Of a stretch of DNA of 64,000 bases, positions 50,427 through 61,243 are shown piece after piece. Location of the stretch: IMG/VR virus record IMGVR_UViG_3300028591_000139, positions 35,510-99,509 of that record. One strand, 5' to 3'. The notes beneath the pieces are model-generated. The model had not been told where the DNA came from. It did not search any database and saw only the letters and a list, made by a program, of their open reading frames with translations. This DNA is from a virus. Lineage: Duplodnaviria; Caudoviricetes. The position numbers and the translations under genes are program-made. The first letter of the stretch is position 1. Each line of letters begins with the position of its first letter.

Positions 50427-52625
50427 TTAATACGTGCCTGCGTCAATCGTTCCTAAAGCGAAGGTTAAACCACCATTTGCATCGGTTGTTATAACAATAC
50501 CGCTTCCTTCGGTTGCAGCGCTAGTGGCAACAGCTGAGAATACTAATGTATTACCGGTCTTTGACACAGCTTTGCCATTCATTGTTGCACCACTTACGTA
50601 GTTGTCAGCAACACCAACAATAGCGTTGTTCAAAGCAACATCGGCAGCGTTCATGTCAGATGCGCCACTAATGTATCTTGAAGAAGCATTTGCTGTATAA
50701 GAAGAAGCGCTCTGTCCTTCAATTCTTCTACGTTCTGCTATCTCGGCAGCGAGGTCAGCACTAGTACCACCACTCAACTCATTAATTCTATCGTTAAGGT
50801 CATTTAATGCGGAAGAGATGACTTCCTCGTTTTCAAGAGTGAAAGCCTCAACAGCCTTAAATGCTTCAGTAATAGAAGAAGACTCTGATATTGCGGTAAA
50901 TCCACTTTCATCAGCAGTGAAACCACTCATCTTAATCTTAGAAGCATCAGTGATAATGTCATATTTAACAGTACCATCACCAGTAGATGCACTTGTTGCT
51001 TCAATACTGCCATTTGAAGAAGTAATTTCAGTTACAGTCTTTGCACTAAGTTCTTCTAACTTATTTTTGTCAGCAACATTTGTTTCAGTAACTGTAACGC
51101 CTGTTAATTTACCATCAGCCTCGCCAACAACAACCTGAACGTGTTTTGAAGTTTCCGTACCAGCTGTAGTACCACCAGTTACAACGGCGTCAAGTTTGTT
51201 AATCTTGGTGTCAATTGCATTTTCAATACCGCTAACTTTGAAGCCATCAGCACCAACAGTTAAGAATGCAGCATTAGATTCATCTTTTTCAGATGCGGGG
51301 TCAACAACACCATGAACAACATGTGTACCCGAGTCTACAGTTACACCACTTGCAAACTCAGCCTCCTGTAAGAATGATTCAACATCAACGGCAGCAAGTT
51401 TGTAATTACCGTTAGCTAACTGCATTATGTATACAAGAGCTGTATTTCCGGTACCATTTGTTACTCCGGATGTAGGTGATTCATGTGTAGTTGGGTCTGC
51501 ATCGGTCAACTTGTCATCAATATGACCAAGACGGAAGTCTACAAGAGAGCTATCCTTATAAATTTTAATGTATTCACCAAGTTTAGTGCCATCAGTACCA
51601 ACAAGTTTGTAAGCTTCTTTAACGTTTGTACCAAGATTTGTTGTAAGCTCACTATCGCTTACAGCAGAAATTGCAATATTGGTATAAATACCGGCATTGC
51701 CATCATTTGCAAGAACGTGCTCACCACTCTTAATATTAACATTAATATCAGTACCACTTGAAGCAGTTGTTACGTTAATAGAGCCATCAGCATTTGCAAT
51801 TGTAATAGCAGCAGCTTTGTTTTCCAACTTGCTCAAAGCAACGTTTATGGTGTCGGCAGAAGCAATATCACCGGTATCATTTGTCTTAGCATAACCGCCA
51901 AGCTGCAAGTCCTTAACGTTAGCCTTTGTTTCAGTAACTTTACCATCGGTCTCTGCTACAGTTGTTACAACCTGTCCGGCTACAACATCTGCATCCTTGT
52001 CCATTGCATTAATCTGTGCCTGCAATTTTCCAAGAGCCTGACCGAGAGTATCAGTAGCGGCTATGTCAGCATCGCTTCCTTCAGCATAGCCACCAAGTTT
52101 AACACTTGTAATGTTTGCTGATGTGCCACTGATTTTACCATTTGTCTGCTCAAATGAAACAACGACCTTATTATCATCTTTAGCAAGAGTATAATCTAAT
52201 GCATCAAGTTTACCATCGGTATATCTCTTAGCGCCCTCAACAGATGTCTCAGCGCTTGTTGAAGCGGTGCTACCACTTAATGCGGCTAACTGAGCTTCTG
52301 CGGTGTTGGCGCTGGTTATACCATCTCCAAGTCTGTTATTAATCTCTGTACGTAATTTCTCAACATCAGCAGCAGCGCCCTCAACGTCAATGATGGTCAT
52401 ATAATCACTTCTGCCTGTTGCACCTGAAATATCGCTAGCTTTAGCATAGTAACCAACAAGAGTCTTAACCACGTTGCCGTCAGCCTTATAACGAGCAAGA
52501 ACTGCCACACCGTCCTGTGTTACACCGGCAGTGTTGGCACTCAAGGCGTTATAAGCCAACTCTTTGGTTTCAAATACTGTAGAGTTACGTAAAAGTTGTA
52601 ATGAATAAATATTATTATTCGCCAT
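50427..52625 (-). CDS. Fibre-like virion protein
   Basis: Ala/Thr/Gly-rich; DTxxxALxKL repeats; VISSALNDLN motif shared with 53250..55781. Confidence 0.6.
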   Translation of the reverse strand: MANNNIYSLQLLRNSTVFETKELAYNALSANTAGVTQDGVAVLARYKADGNVVKTLVGYYAKASDISGATGRSDYMTIIDVEGAAADVEKLRTEINNRLGDGITSANTAEAQLAALSGSTASTSAETSVEGAKRYTDGKLDALDYTLAKDDNKVVVSFEQTNGKISGTSANITSVKLGGYAEGSDADIAATDTLGQALGKLQAQINAMDKDADVVAGQVVTTVAETDGKVTETKANVKDLQLGGYAKTNDTGDIASADTINVALSKLENKAAAITIANADGSINVTTASSGTDINVNIKSGEHVLANDGNAGIYTNIAISAVSDSELTTNLGTNVKEAYKLVGTDGTKLGEYIKIYKDSSLVDFRLGHIDDKLTDADPTTHESPTSGVTNGTGNTALVYIMQLANGNYKLAAVDVESFLQEAEFASGVTVDSGTHVVHGVVDPASEKDESNAAFLTVGADGFKVSGIENAIDTKINKLDAVVTGGTTAGTETSKHVQVVVGEADGKLTGVTVTETNVADKNKLEELSAKTVTEITSSNGSIEATSASTGDGTVKYDIITDASKIKMSGFTADESGFTAISESSSITEAFKAVEAFTLENEEVISSALNDLNDRINELSGGTSADLAAEIAERRRIEGQSASSYTANASSRYISGASDMNAADVALNNAIVGVADNYVSGATMNGKAVSKTGNTLVFSAVATSAATEGSGIVITTDANGGLTFALGTIDAGTY

Positions 52626-52804
52626 AATTTTTAAAATATTTTAAAAGTTATTAATTTTTTAATCTTATTAATAAATATTTTAATGATTCATAAATTTCAA
52701 AAAATATATATGCTTTATATAAAAATTTTTCCCGGAAAATTGCTTTTGAATTTTTAATACAATTATCCGGGAAAAATTGTTTGATTGGTCAGATAAACAG
52801 TATG

Positions 52805-53242
52805 TTAAATTGAATTTCTTGTTAGTCTGTATTCCTCATAAGCCTTTTTGCGCTGCTCGTCAGAGAGAGTGAAGCTGCTATTACCGACATAGGCATCGTA
52901 AATAATCTTCTCATAAGAGTGCTTGTCGTCAAGCTTGACAAAAAGCGGCTCCAGCTGCTTGAGGTCATCTATTGTCAGCCCAATATACTCTGCATACGCT
53001 GGTACGAGGAACTTGCCTACACGCATCGGAATGTCTGCCTTCAGCGTTTCCTGTATCATCTCATCCTTCGGCGCATCCTTCACGAAGAAACAATCCTTGC
53101 CGTCCTTGCGGAAATTAAGTACCGATGCTTTAGCGTCCCACCCCGCCATTACATAGAGAATGTCACTGTCCTTGCTCTTGAAGTCAGGATATTCCCCGAA
53201 AAACGCGCTTGAGCCTATCTGAAACTTTATCTTCTCTCTCAT
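52805..53242 (-). CDS. Possible Pol-beta-type minimal nucleotidyltransferase
   Basis: N-terminal IGS-x13-DSDIL resembles the GS..DxD motif; visibly GC-richer than the surroundings. Confidence 0.45.
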   Translation of the reverse strand: MREKIKFQIGSSAFFGEYPDFKSKDSDILYVMAGWDAKASVLNFRKDGKDCFFVKDAPKDEMIQETLKADIPMRVGKFLVPAYAEYIGLTIDDLKQLEPLFVKLDDKHSYEKIIYDAYVGNSSFTLSDEQRKKAYEEYRLTRNSI

Positions 53243-53249
53243 CTTGTTG

Positions 53250-55781
53250 TTATACGCTTATCGTCTGTGAGTTTATTGGCTGATAGACCGTCTGGAAGGT
53301 GTCATTTACCGTATCGTGAGAAATGGTCTTAACCGCGCTAGTGTTGTTCACGCCTTGTGCTATCTTGAAGTTCCGAAGCTTACTAGAGATTGAAGTAGTC
53401 TTGGTGGAGGTGATGTCAATATACTGATTGCTATTTTCTACAATTACGTTATAGATGTTGTCCTTTAGGAAACGGATGTGATGGCAATTATTTCCTATAG
53501 AATTATAGGAGGAAATGTTTCCTATAGAATTACTGCCGAAATCGTTTCCTATAGAATTACCGCCGAAATCGTTTCCTATAGAATTACTGCCGAAATCGTT
53601 TCCTATAGAATTACTGTTGAAACTGTTTCCTATAGAATTACTGCCGAAATCGTTTCCTATAGAATTATTGTAGAAATCGTTTCCTATAGAATTACTGTTG
53701 AAATAGTTTCCTATAGAATTACTGCCGAAATTGTTTCCTATAGAATTACTGCCGAAATTGTTTCCTATAGAATTACTGTAGGAATTGTTTCCTATAGAAT
53801 TATTGTAGAAATAGTTTCCTATAGAATTACTGTAGAAATCGTTTCCTATAGAATTATTGTAGGAATTGTTTCCTATAGAATTACTGTAGAAATCGTTTCC
53901 TATAGAATTATTGTAGAAATAGTTTCCTATAGAATTATTGTAGAAACCGCTTCCTATAGAATTATAGTTGCAGGCCGTGCCAAATGAGTTAGAGTAAATA
54001 AATGTGCCAAACAACACATTGTTTGGAAGAAAAGCTACTTCTTTTTCAAACACATTACTATATACATCATGGCCGCCAAGAGAATAATCTGTTTGTGCGC
54101 CGCCACCACTATCACTGCTGAAAGTAAAGGCCCAAATAAAATCATCAGAATCAGCCTCTAAACCCGTGGGCACTTCATCAGGATTCGCAATCATATATAA
54201 GCCACTTAATCCTTGGCGCTCGCTCACGGTATCTGTAGCCTTGTATCGCTTGAACTGAATGTTCTTAAAGTCATATGGACACTCGTTATTAAACTCGTCT
54301 CTCATCCATGTAATTGTTCCCTTGCCGCCATTCTGTTCAATGGTAACGGTATCAATCACTCCAAATTCTTCATCTGGGCCTTCATCATCACCGTACCATA
54401 CATACAATTGGCTATCAACTGTTTCGCTTTTTGACACAACACACACACAGCCCCAATCTTCTTCAAATAGGCTGTTTCTCCACATTATGTAAGTGGTTCC
54501 GTTTATCTCAACGGTTCCATCCTTAAAGAAGATATACCGGCCATCTGATGTGCTTATCATGTGTGTTCCAATCTTCGACGACCAATTAATGTTGTCGAGT
54601 CGGTACTTAAGTTCCCATGCTTCAAGCTTATTCCTGTAGAAATAACCGCTTCCTTCTACATACACCAATCTGTCACCTCTGTTAGTTTCCCTATCACCAT
54701 ACAATGTATCATCTACAAGGACTATGAAGTCTTCTGAATAATTTTCAACAGACAACTCATTTGGAAGCCATAAACGTCTGGTTAAAATACTATATTCTGT
54801 TTCATCATTTTTTTCATATTTCTGCCAACGATAATAAGTGACTCCATCAAAAGAGAACGTTCCTACATAATCAAAATACTCTTCTGTATCTACTTCATTT
54901 GAGTATTTTAGGCCGTCTGTTTTATAAAGTCGTCTAATAGACGCGATTTCCGCATGTAATGCAGCGTGAGCGTTCTCATTGAGCTTATCGGGGGCATCTG
55001 CCGTTACGATAATATCGAATTGGTGTCCGGCGCTTCGCGTATTTGGTTGCATTGTTGTGGTAACATAGTCGGTGATTCTATATTTTGCTCCCGGTTCTAG
55101 TTCGCCATTATTTCTCAGCGTTACCAACTCAGCATATGTTATTTCCTTTAAGAATTTCTCATCGAGCGCATTTAATGCATATGAAATGGTTTCAATATCA
55201 TTTGCATTTGCAACGGTTCTTGAGTTCAAATCAACAAGTGCTGCTGCAACGGTTTCGCACTGTCCGCTTAAATCATCAATTTCAGACCTGACAGTTGCGC
55301 TAAATGCGCTATATATGTCTGTATCAAGTTTTCCGCTTATGCTATTATTTATTTGTGTTTGAACGGTTCCTGTTGTAAAATGTATTGTTGTGTCTGCCGT
55401 GTGTGCTGTCACTGTTGTATTAACAGCTCCACTATAGGTTTCAAACTCACTAACATTTAATTTATTTTCGTTCAAATCGTTCAAAGCGCTTGATATAACT
55501 TTCTCGTTATCCTCAATGCACTTTGTGACTGTTATTGCGCTATTTTCGCCCGTAAATGCGCTGCCAAGTTTTTTCTCAGAATAATAATCATCGGATGAAA
55601 ATGTTACAACATTTCCGCTTGATGACTTGATGGACAAGGTTTCATATCCATCAGCATAGTTTACCGCAATTTCTCCGTCAACAAATAAGTCCGGAGTTGG
55701 CAATTTAGGAGATACCGTCCCTCCGTTTTCCACAACAACGCTACTTTTGAGGTGTTGTATGTGATTAATGTTTTTTCCCAT
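53250..55781 (-). CDS. Tail fibre / receptor-binding protein with a 9-aa NSIGN repeat solenoid
   Basis: N-terminal GEIAVNY and coiled coil; PYDFKNIQFKR; 18 NSIG repeats. Confidence 0.7.
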   Translation of the reverse strand: MGKNINHIQHLKSSVVVENGGTVSPKLPTPDLFVDGEIAVNYADGYETLSIKSSSGNVVTFSSDDYYSEKKLGSAFTGENSAITVTKCIEDNEKVISSALNDLNENKLNVSEFETYSGAVNTTVTAHTADTTIHFTTGTVQTQINNSISGKLDTDIYSAFSATVRSEIDDLSGQCETVAAALVDLNSRTVANANDIETISYALNALDEKFLKEITYAELVTLRNNGELEPGAKYRITDYVTTTMQPNTRSAGHQFDIIVTADAPDKLNENAHAALHAEIASIRRLYKTDGLKYSNEVDTEEYFDYVGTFSFDGVTYYRWQKYEKNDETEYSILTRRLWLPNELSVENYSEDFIVLVDDTLYGDRETNRGDRLVYVEGSGYFYRNKLEAWELKYRLDNINWSSKIGTHMISTSDGRYIFFKDGTVEINGTTYIMWRNSLFEEDWGCVCVVSKSETVDSQLYVWYGDDEGPDEEFGVIDTVTIEQNGGKGTITWMRDEFNNECPYDFKNIQFKRYKATDTVSERQGLSGLYMIANPDEVPTGLEADSDDFIWAFTFSSDSGGGAQTDYSLGGHDVYSNVFEKEVAFLPNNVLFGTFIYSNSFGTACNYNSIGSGFYNNSIGNYFYNNSIGNDFYSNSIGNNSYNNSIGNDFYSNSIGNYFYNNSIGNNSYSNSIGNNFGSNSIGNNFGSNSIGNYFNSNSIGNDFYNNSIGNDFGSNSIGNSFNSNSIGNDFGSNSIGNDFGGNSIGNDFGSNSIGNISSYNSIGNNCHHIRFLKDNIYNVIVENSNQYIDITSTKTTSISSKLRNFKIAQGVNNTSAVKTISHDTVNDTFQTVYQPINSQTISV
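53491..53964 (-). repeat. 27-bp in-frame tandem repeat, 18 cores
   Basis: Invariant ttcctatagaatta core every 27 bp. Confidence 0.95.
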
Positions 55782-55962
55782 AAGTTATTTTAATAGTTTT
55801 TTTTAAAGAAATAGAAATTTCAAAACAAATCGGTAAGAATACCATCGGTTAAAAAATCCTATTAATATCATTATTTTTTAATAATAAATATAACGATTTC
55901 TTTAAACATATTCCATGTTAAGAAAATATTTATAAATAACAAAAAAATATTTTTATAAAAAT

Positions 55963-58900
55963 ATGGCAAACTATTTAAAATTATTTAAAAATCACGAAGA
56001 CTATATCAGATATAAAGAAAGTGTATCTATAATGCCGAACATTTCGCATTGTATAAAAGATATAGAATTGCACACAGATGAGTGTGTGCCTTCGGTAGTA
56101 TATGAATTAATAGGTGTCCCCTCATACCCATCTACAATTAGCGCTGTAGATGAATCGTTTGACCTTTCATTTAGCTATAAAAAAACAACAAATACAATAG
56201 CTTGTTCTACTATTGTTACAATGGGGTCAGATACCGTAAATGTATATGTTGGGGAGAACACAAGCACTGAAAATGACAGGGTGATAAGTGATACATTTAA
56301 TTATAATGGCCTGCTTATTCCATACACGGTTACGCAAAGCAAACTATGTGTGGAACAAACAACGTATGAATTAAATGGCACTCCTTCATACCCAAGCGAA
56401 ATTGAGGGTGATACTACAGCATTTACTCTTTCATTTAACTATAACAGAATTGATACCGATGATGAGTGTGTTGAGCAAATAACAACTGGTAATCAAACAA
56501 CATCAATTGTGGTTGGCGAAAATACAACTTCGGAAAATAGAACCATTACAGGTAATTATGAATTTAATGGCTTAGATGTGCCATATACAGTTGTACAGAA
56601 AAAAATGTGTACTCCTGATACTGCATATGAATTAATTAACACTCCAAGCTATCCAACGGAAGTAGAAGGAGATGTTACAGCATTTACACTATCATTCGAT
56701 TATAGAAGAACCGATTATGATACACACTGTAGTCAAAGTTCAACAACCGGAAGTGATAGTACAACAATCATAATTGGAGAAAATGAAACAGGCGCAGATA
56801 GAACAATATCGAGCGCATATACCTATAATGGCATAAACGTACCATATACAGTCTTACAGAAGAAATTATGCACCGTAAGCACTGTTTATGAACAAATAGG
56901 TAATGCAACATATCCAAGTGAAATTGAGTGCGATGACAGCACATTTAATCTATCATTTGATTATAGAGTAACAAACACCGATAAATACTGTAATCAAACA
57001 GTAACTACCGGTAGTGAAACTACCGTAATCACCGTTGGAGAAAATATGACATCAGAAAATAGAACAATTTCTGATTCTTACCCATATCATGGAATTAATG
57101 TTGCATATACCGTTTTACAGAAGAAACGTTGTACAGTAAGCAGTGTATATGAATTGGTTGGGAATCCAACATATCCAAGTGCAATAGATGGAAATGTTAC
57201 ATCATTTAACCTGTCATTTAACTATAAAAAGACAGATACTGATATGTACTGTAATCAAACCGTAACAAATAGCAGTGATACCGTTTCAGTATACGTTGGA
57301 GAAAATACCACAGCACAGGATAGAACAATTACAGATAGCTATGATTATCATGGAATGAGCGTGCCATACTCCGTTCTTCAAAGAAAACAATGCTCAGTTG
57401 GAACATTTTATGAACTAATTGGAACTCCAACGTACCCAAGCGAAATTGAAGGTGACGTTAGCACATTTACGCTGTCATTCGATTATAAAATGATTGTGAC
57501 AAACGACCAATGTCAACAGACCGTAACAACCGGTAGCGATAGCACGGTAATAAACGTTGGGATAAATCCAAATACGGGTGTTTCAAGAACCATAAGTGAT
57601 GCATATGATTACCATGGAATGAGCGTACCATATACAGTAACACAGAAAAAGATGTGTGTTGTTGGCTCAGAATATGAACAAATAGGCAGTGCCACTTATC
57701 CAAGTGAAATCGAATATAACGTTACATCATTCACGCTTTCATTTAATTATAGAAAGACAGATACAGATAAATACTGTGGGCAAACAGCAACTACCGGTAG
57801 TAATAGCACAGTAATTACCGTGGGAGAGAATCCTTTATATGAAGATAAAACAATAAGTAGCAGCTATACATATAATGGGATGTCCATTGCATATTCATTA
57901 ACGCAGAAAAAGAGAAATCATTATCAAGTTACCGGCGTGTTTAATGTAACAAATACTGGTAGTAATACCAAGATTGTTGACGGAACAAATTTAGTAGATT
58001 GTGTAGAAATAGACAATACCGTGTATAGAACAGTTAACAGTGGATTTACTTTTAGCACAACAGGAGAACATACCGTTAAATATTCTTTAAAAAATGTAAC
58101 TGAAACAGGGTTTGGACTTTTAGATGATTGTGATAACTTAGTAAATGTAACAGTTGAAGAAGGAATATCAGGTATAAGCCAAAATTCTTTCTCTAACTGT
58201 AGTAATTTGTCCGGCGTCACATTACCAGAAAGTACTAAAATCATAGGAAATGCTGCTTTCATGATGGACACCAATTTAGCTAATTTGAACAATAATACAC
58301 AATATTATACAAGGGTTGTCATACCAAGTGGTGTTACTGCAATTGAAGCCAATGCATTTAGTTCATGTCAAAGTATAAGGACAGTAAACACAAGTTTATG
58401 CATTTTATTAACCTCTATAGGCGAATCTGCATTTGCGCTTTGCACAGCTCTTAGTAATTTTATTATACCAAGCGGAGTTACAACAATTGAACGGGAAACA
58501 TTTGAAGGGTGTACGAATCTAACTACGATATATATTCATACCGGTATAACAAGCATTGGCGAAGAGGCTTTCCGTAGTTCCGGACTAATCGACGTTGATA
58601 TTCATAACGGCGTGACAAGCATCGGCCAACGCGCATTTATGGATTGTTCATCGCTTACAAGGGTTGATATGAGGCCATTAACACCCCCAACATTAGGTTC
58701 ATATGCATTTGATAATAATGCAGCCGGAAGAGTCATATATGTGCCATGCGACAGCTTTGAGGTATATAAAACAGCCAACAATTGGAGTAGGTATCAAAAT
58801 AGTATGTTTCCAATTGGATGCCCATTAGTTGCCACGTTCAATGTAACATCTACCAGTGAACCAACTAAGTTAAAGAATAGCTTTGCCGGCACAAATGTCT

Positions 58901-60045
58901 ATTCTATGGAAATAGATGGAACTGTATTACCTGATGTCGTTAATGAATATGCATTCAACACTACAGGAATGCATACGGTTAAATACAGCATTTGGTCATT
59001 AAAAATAGCGAATGGATTATTTAGCGGATGTACTGAACTTTATTCTATTGTTTCATTCCCAACAGCTTTGAATGAAATAGGCAACGATGCGTTTAGAGGA
59101 TGTAGCAGCCTTACGGGTGTAACAATACCTGATAGTGTTACAACTATTGGCACACTTGTTTTCAGCGATTGTGGGTCAATGCTACGTGCAGAAATAGGAA
59201 GCGGGGTGACCTCAGACATGGATTATACATTCTCACGATGTAGCGGATTAACCAGCTGTACATTTGCACAAGGTGTTCAAATTAGTGCTTTTACCGCAAC
59301 TTTTAGTGATTGCACTAGCCTACAAAACACCTCAATTCCTGATAGCGTTACGCATATTGGTGGTGTGTCTTTCAGTAGATGCGGTAGTATTACAAGTATA
59401 ACTATTCCAAATGGAGTCACAACTATTGGTAGTGGCGCTTTCGAATATTGTAGTGGCCTAACAAGTATTGCAATACCGAGTGCCGTTGAATCTATTGGAG
59501 ATAGTGCTTTTTACTATTGCAGAGCTATAACTAGTTGCACCATAGGCCAAAACTCACGGCTTACAACAATTGGCACAAACGCATTTTCAAATTGTACATC
59601 GCTTGAATCTATAAATCTGCAAGAAGGGCTGACTAACATTGGCAGTTACGCTTTTTACTACTGTGAAAATTTATTAAGCATTTACATACCAACAACATTA
59701 ACAGAGATAAATGATTATACGTTCCAAGGTTGCCAAAGCTTAACAGCTTTAACGTTCCCAGATAGTATAACAGCAATAAAGAATCAGTCATTCCATTTAT
59801 GCAAAGGCTTAACAAATATTAGTGTAGGTACCGGAATAACTTCAATAGAGTTAAATGCTTTCTTGGGTTGCAGCAATCTAATAAGCGTTACAATAGCCGC
59901 AACAACGCCACCATCACTTGGCGCTTCAGCATTCCATAATAACGCATCGGGAAGAAAATTCTATGTACCAAGTGGAAGTGTAACAGCTTATCAATCTGCA
60001 ACCGATTGGTACGAATATAGAAATGATGTTGAAGCGATACCTTAA
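55963..60045 (+). CDS. Large adhesin-like protein: about seven ~87-aa beta-rich repeats plus two BspA-LRR blocks
   Basis: YPSEIEG..FTLSFxY..VGEN..RTI..PYTVxQKK repeats; IGxxAFxxCxxLTSIxIP LRRs. Confidence 0.85.
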   Translation: MANYLKLFKNHEDYIRYKESVSIMPNISHCIKDIELHTDECVPSVVYELIGVPSYPSTISAVDESFDLSFSYKKTTNTIACSTIVTMGSDTVNVYVGENTSTENDRVISDTFNYNGLLIPYTVTQSKLCVEQTTYELNGTPSYPSEIEGDTTAFTLSFNYNRIDTDDECVEQITTGNQTTSIVVGENTTSENRTITGNYEFNGLDVPYTVVQKKMCTPDTAYELINTPSYPTEVEGDVTAFTLSFDYRRTDYDTHCSQSSTTGSDSTTIIIGENETGADRTISSAYTYNGINVPYTVLQKKLCTVSTVYEQIGNATYPSEIECDDSTFNLSFDYRVTNTDKYCNQTVTTGSETTVITVGENMTSENRTISDSYPYHGINVAYTVLQKKRCTVSSVYELVGNPTYPSAIDGNVTSFNLSFNYKKTDTDMYCNQTVTNSSDTVSVYVGENTTAQDRTITDSYDYHGMSVPYSVLQRKQCSVGTFYELIGTPTYPSEIEGDVSTFTLSFDYKMIVTNDQCQQTVTTGSDSTVINVGINPNTGVSRTISDAYDYHGMSVPYTVTQKKMCVVGSEYEQIGSATYPSEIEYNVTSFTLSFNYRKTDTDKYCGQTATTGSNSTVITVGENPLYEDKTISSSYTYNGMSIAYSLTQKKRNHYQVTGVFNVTNTGSNTKIVDGTNLVDCVEIDNTVYRTVNSGFTFSTTGEHTVKYSLKNVTETGFGLLDDCDNLVNVTVEEGISGISQNSFSNCSNLSGVTLPESTKIIGNAAFMMDTNLANLNNNTQYYTRVVIPSGVTAIEANAFSSCQSIRTVNTSLCILLTSIGESAFALCTALSNFIIPSGVTTIERETFEGCTNLTTIYIHTGITSIGEEAFRSSGLIDVDIHNGVTSIGQRAFMDCSSLTRVDMRPLTPPTLGSYAFDNNAAGRVIYVPCDSFEVYKTANNWSRYQNSMFPIGCPLVATFNVTSTSEPTKLKNSFAGTNVYSMEIDGTVLPDVVNEYAFNTTGMHTVKYSIWSLKIANGLFSGCTELYSIVSFPTALNEIGNDAFRGCSSLTGVTIPDSVTTIGTLVFSDCGSMLRAEIGSGVTSDMDYTFSRCSGLTSCTFAQGVQISAFTATFSDCTSLQNTSIPDSVTHIGGVSFSRCGSITSITIPNGVTTIGSGAFEYCSGLTSIAIPSAVESIGDSAFYYCRAITSCTIGQNSRLTTIGTNAFSNCTSLESINLQEGLTNIGSYAFYYCENLLSIYIPTTLTEINDYTFQGCQSLTALTFPDSITAIKNQSFHLCKGLTNISVGTGITSIELNAFLGCSNLISVTIAATTPPSLGASAFHNNASGRKFYVPSGSVTAYQSATDWYEYRNDVEAIP

Positions 60046-60149
60046 AAAAATAAAAAAAAAAAACAATAATAATTGCCGGAAAAATATAATAATTTTTTTC
60101 CGGCATTTTTATTTATTTTAATTTTTAAATTTTTATTTTTTATATAAAA

Positions 60150-60461
60150 ATGGGTTATATTTATTTAATTGGAGAGGTTGGAAATGAAAATCGTTTTAAA
60201 ATTGGTTCAACACGTGGAAAAAATGCCAATAACAGGCTCAAACAACTTCAAACGGGCAATTCAGAAGAATTATATGTAAAACATATATATGAAACGTCAA
60301 GGCCATTTAAACTTGAAAAGATGCTTCATAACAAGTTTAAATCATCAAACCTTGTTGGAGAATGGTTTGAGCTTTCAAAAGATGATGTTGATAATTTTAT
60401 AAACACTTGCAATGAATTTCAAAACATAATAAATGCCTTAAAAGAAAATCCATTCTTCTAA
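60150..60461 (+). CDS. GIY-YIG (T5orf172-like) protein
   Basis: GYIYLI..FKIG.T..RLKQLQTGN..LEKMLH..GEWF. Confidence 0.85.
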   Translation: MGYIYLIGEVGNENRFKIGSTRGKNANNRLKQLQTGNSEELYVKHIYETSRPFKLEKMLHNKFKSSNLVGEWFELSKDDVDNFINTCNEFQNIINALKENPFF

Positions 60462-60835
60462 GGCATTGCTTTTTTATTTTCCATTATTAGTTTTTGTTGC
60501 AGTTTTTTCTTTATAATATCAGCATGACATGGCTGTGGATGACAAAAACATCCCAAGTATATATCCATTCCGGATTTATAACACTCATATATCGTATTAA
60601 AAGCATCTGTAAAATCTTTATCCGTTCCATACATTTCATCAAAATAAAGCTCATATGCTTCTATGGCTTCTTTTCGCGTTCTAAAGGATAATTTTGCCAA
60701 ACTGCTTCGTTTGCCATCATGTGTGTATGGATTACCCAACGGTGATTTTAACGCTTTGCTTCTTGCAACATAGAAATATCCGGGTTTATTGGAAAAATCC
60801 TCTTGCTTTATATTAACAACATATATCTTCCCCAT
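60458..60835 (-). CDS. DUF4326-like protein
   Basis: SPLGNPY and LGCFCHPQPCHADII motifs. Confidence 0.8.
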   Translation of the reverse strand: MGKIYVVNIKQEDFSNKPGYFYVARSKALKSPLGNPYTHDGKRSSLAKLSFRTRKEAIEAYELYFDEMYGTDKDFTDAFNTIYECYKSGMDIYLGCFCHPQPCHADIIKKKLQQKLIMENKKAMP

Positions 60836-60840
60836 TATTA

Positions 60841-61239
60841 TTATATTTCTCTTTTGCTTTCATCTTTTAATGAAAATTCCAAATAATGATAGCCATTTCT
60901 AAATTTTCTATCATAATAACGTGTCTCTTCTTCCGAATAATCTGGTATAAATACTTTTAAATAATTGCCATTTATATTGTTTTTTAAAAAGGCGTGGAAC
61001 TTTTTTTGCAATTCCCAATAAGGCACTTCGAGCGGTATAAACGATAACACATAAAACAAAGAACACCTTTCACTTTTTAAAACAATATCAACCGCGTTTC
61101 TTTCAATATCATGTTCTCTTAGACTGTACACGTTTTTAGGGACTCTTTTAGCACGAGCAACCATGTTGCCACATTTAAAAAAAGAAGTATATAAACCCTC
61201 TTCTTTTAAAAATCTAAATAATACTTGCGTTGCATTCAT
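60841..61239 (-). CDS. Hypothetical protein
   Basis: ORF track; start probably MNATQV. Confidence 0.6.
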   Translation of the reverse strand: MNATQVLFRFLKEEGLYTSFFKCGNMVARAKRVPKNVYSLREHDIERNAVDIVLKSERCSLFYVLSFIPLEVPYWELQKKFHAFLKNNINGNYLKVFIPDYSEEETRYYDRKFRNGYHYLEFSLKDESKREI

Positions 61240-61243
61240 TTTT

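Noticed and set aside
52798-52809. 12-nt match to the second-family element end (cagtatgttaaa)
   Set aside because: No adjoining omega-RNA sequence; could be chance.
53491-53964. CRISPR array
   Set aside because: The period is 27 bp with only about 12 variable nt, the variable parts resemble each other, the array is in frame within a CDS, and no cas genes are present.
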